From Bugula neritina (taxonomy: Eukaryota; Animalia; Bryozoa), in NCBI GenBank assembly GCA_964035545.1, contig OZ037771.1, positions 3,917,628-3,981,627 on the forward strand: DNA of 64,000 nucleotides, written 5' to 3'. Positions 62,119 through 64,000 of the stretch are shown here, in pieces. A program made the position numbers and the translations under genes. Numbering within the stretch: position 1 is the first letter of the stretch; each line of letters begins with the position of its first letter. The notes beneath the pieces are model-generated. The model was given only the letters and a program-made list of their open reading frames with translations. It made no database searches and had not been told where the DNA came from.

Positions 62119-62995
62119 TTTGTCACTTTAGGATTTGCAACACATAAATGTTTGCATCATACTTGTCAGACAGATGCTTTAACTGTACAACATATGTAGT
62201 ATTTTTAGTTGTAATATTTCTATCTTCACAAATGTGCTACGTCTTGTAATCTATTTAATATGTCTTATTCCCCGATTATTGGAAGTGGTTATATTCTATT
62301 ATTAGTGTTAATATTGTATTTATTTATTATCCAATACACTCTGTTTAGTACATCGTTATCTGTTGTGTAGTTTTATCGTTGCAATCCAAATTTTATTCAT
62401 AATTCTTGCCAGAAGGCCTTCTTTGAATGTTGCAACACACACAATTTTAAATATTGAAAAGCCTAAAGAAAAGCTCATGATTTCATCATCTAATTTTGAT
62501 ATTGTGAAGTAAGATTAGTGGTTTCCATAGCCAATGAACATGCGATATTAAATTTGAGTGTCCTAGTGGGTCTGCAAAACTAGTTGGCAGATGCAAAATT
62601 TATAGGCATGCTTGAAATATATACATCATAATTTTAAATGTTGATTTTTTTCAATACCTTTTCATACAAACAGCCATCTTACAAATAAAAATTTTTCTCA
62701 ATAGTGTTCTACCACTATCTTGTAAGCGAATAAATTTGCATTACTATTGTTTAGGAAACTTTTATTAAAAAATTAACTTAGTGGTTCCAAATTAAGTAAA
62801 CTCGGCATATTTCATGCATGCATGAAGTAGCAATAATAAAATTTAGTGCAAACAAGTTTTTTTAAATACATAATTTTGTAGTCATGTTAGAAAATAATTA
62901 AAAAGTGTTGAATGTTACAAATTAACATTTTCTTTTAGTTTGAGTCACATAAAGTTTAATAAAATGTAGATGAAGAATCATCGGCTGGTTGTTTA

Positions 62996-63732
62996 TTAGT
63001 AATCTTGAAGCAGTCTTTTGAGTAACTGTTGGGCATCTTCGGTTGTTGGTGTTGTTTTCACCTCATCTTCTACTCTCTCAGCAACTCTCTCTTCCTCAAC
63101 CTGCCAGTTGTATTCTGTCGTGCCAAGGTTGGAGTCTTCTTCCATCTTTGGCAAGCACCTTGCATAATCGCCATCAATGTCACAGGAAAGTCCTGATTCA
63201 CATTCACTAGTAAAATATATAGTAATAATTCCATCAAACAGTCATCTGAGTATATAAAGAAACAAACTTAAAAATTAGTATACATAAGATTCATTGTGGG
63301 ACTTTTGTTATGCATAAGCGTCAATACTCTTTCTATTAGGACTTGAATGTTTCATTATGCAGTATTTTTACAAGGTAGGTTCTAAAGGTATGCAGCCGTT
63401 GACTAATATAATTTTCTATTAATTTTGTGTGAGACTTATAAATGCCCAAGTGTAGCACCATTACAACTGTGCAGGTAATAAATGCACATAGTGGGTGATA
63501 CTAGAAGTTGCGCTTGCATGCAAATATAGCCTGAATTTTGTGAAATCATACCTTGTCTCCTGACATTTCTCTCCTACCCCCTTTGCACAGACCTCACAAC
63601 ATCCACACAGGTCGTCTCTCCACTCCTTACACTGAGAATCAGGCTCTGGACACTTTGCCTTGTACTACATTCAATATACACCTTAGCATAAAGCATGTGC
63701 ACAACAAAATAGCATGTAGACTAATCTTCCAT
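62996..63732 (-). CDS. Single IGF-binding (IGFBP N-terminal) domain protein; 5' part frameshifted or spliced from outside the window
   Basis: 63664-63552 joined to 63206-62996 gives KCPEPDSQCKEWRDDLCGCCEVCAKGVGEKCQETSECESGLSCDIDGDYARCLPK, the IGFBP CGCCxxC signature, followed by an acidic tail. Signal-peptide-like sequence upstream is out of frame. Confidence 0.72.
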
Positions 63733-64000
63733 TGCTAGTAAGGAATATCGACAACGGTTCCCGTTAAGTGCACTACAACCAACTGTGTATGCAAGACCAA
63801 AAAAGCCCTTAAAATGCTATTTAAGGCATCGAAAAAGCTTTTGGTCCCTTTTGAATTTTCAAGTAACTTTTAGTGTTTGAGCTCGGTAAAATTGGACTGC
63901 ATTTGTTGGATTAACAGCACACGTGAGCAGTCTTAAATGTTAAATACATAAACTGATGTTGAATATCTATACTTATATGAAAAGCACTTAATTTAATCAT

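Overview
AT-rich, intron-dense genomic DNA from an invertebrate animal. It is not prokaryotic: there are no operons, CRISPR arrays or rRNA. All gene models were reconstructed by hand from GT-AG junctions and reading-frame phase, without RNA evidence. In order: 3' half of calpain-15/SOL (+); a small, unlisted 81-aa single-pass membrane protein with a PDZ-type C-terminus (-); a ~797-aa orphan membrane protein (-) with a decayed partial tandem copy; a two-pore K+ channel (+); mitochondrial EF-Ts (-); FAM92/CIBAR (+); NAXD (-); PPP2R3C (+); a C2H2 zinc-finger plus Brinker/pogo-type HTH protein (-); USO1/p115 (+); and a single IGFBP-N-domain protein whose 5' part is frameshifted (-). Mobile DNA comprises two LINE fragments, a tRNA-derived SINE head and MITE-like inverted repeats. 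Two patterns are not explained by the gene list. (1) Some tandem repeats are amplifications of splice junctions themselves: 35 copies of an exon-end plus donor unit in PPP2R3C, and 8 copies of an acceptor-straddling unit in NAXD; further arrays abut donors. (2) 'Drifting hexamer' 6-bp-periodic tracts occupy promoter-proximal introns at all three head-to-head gene pairs.
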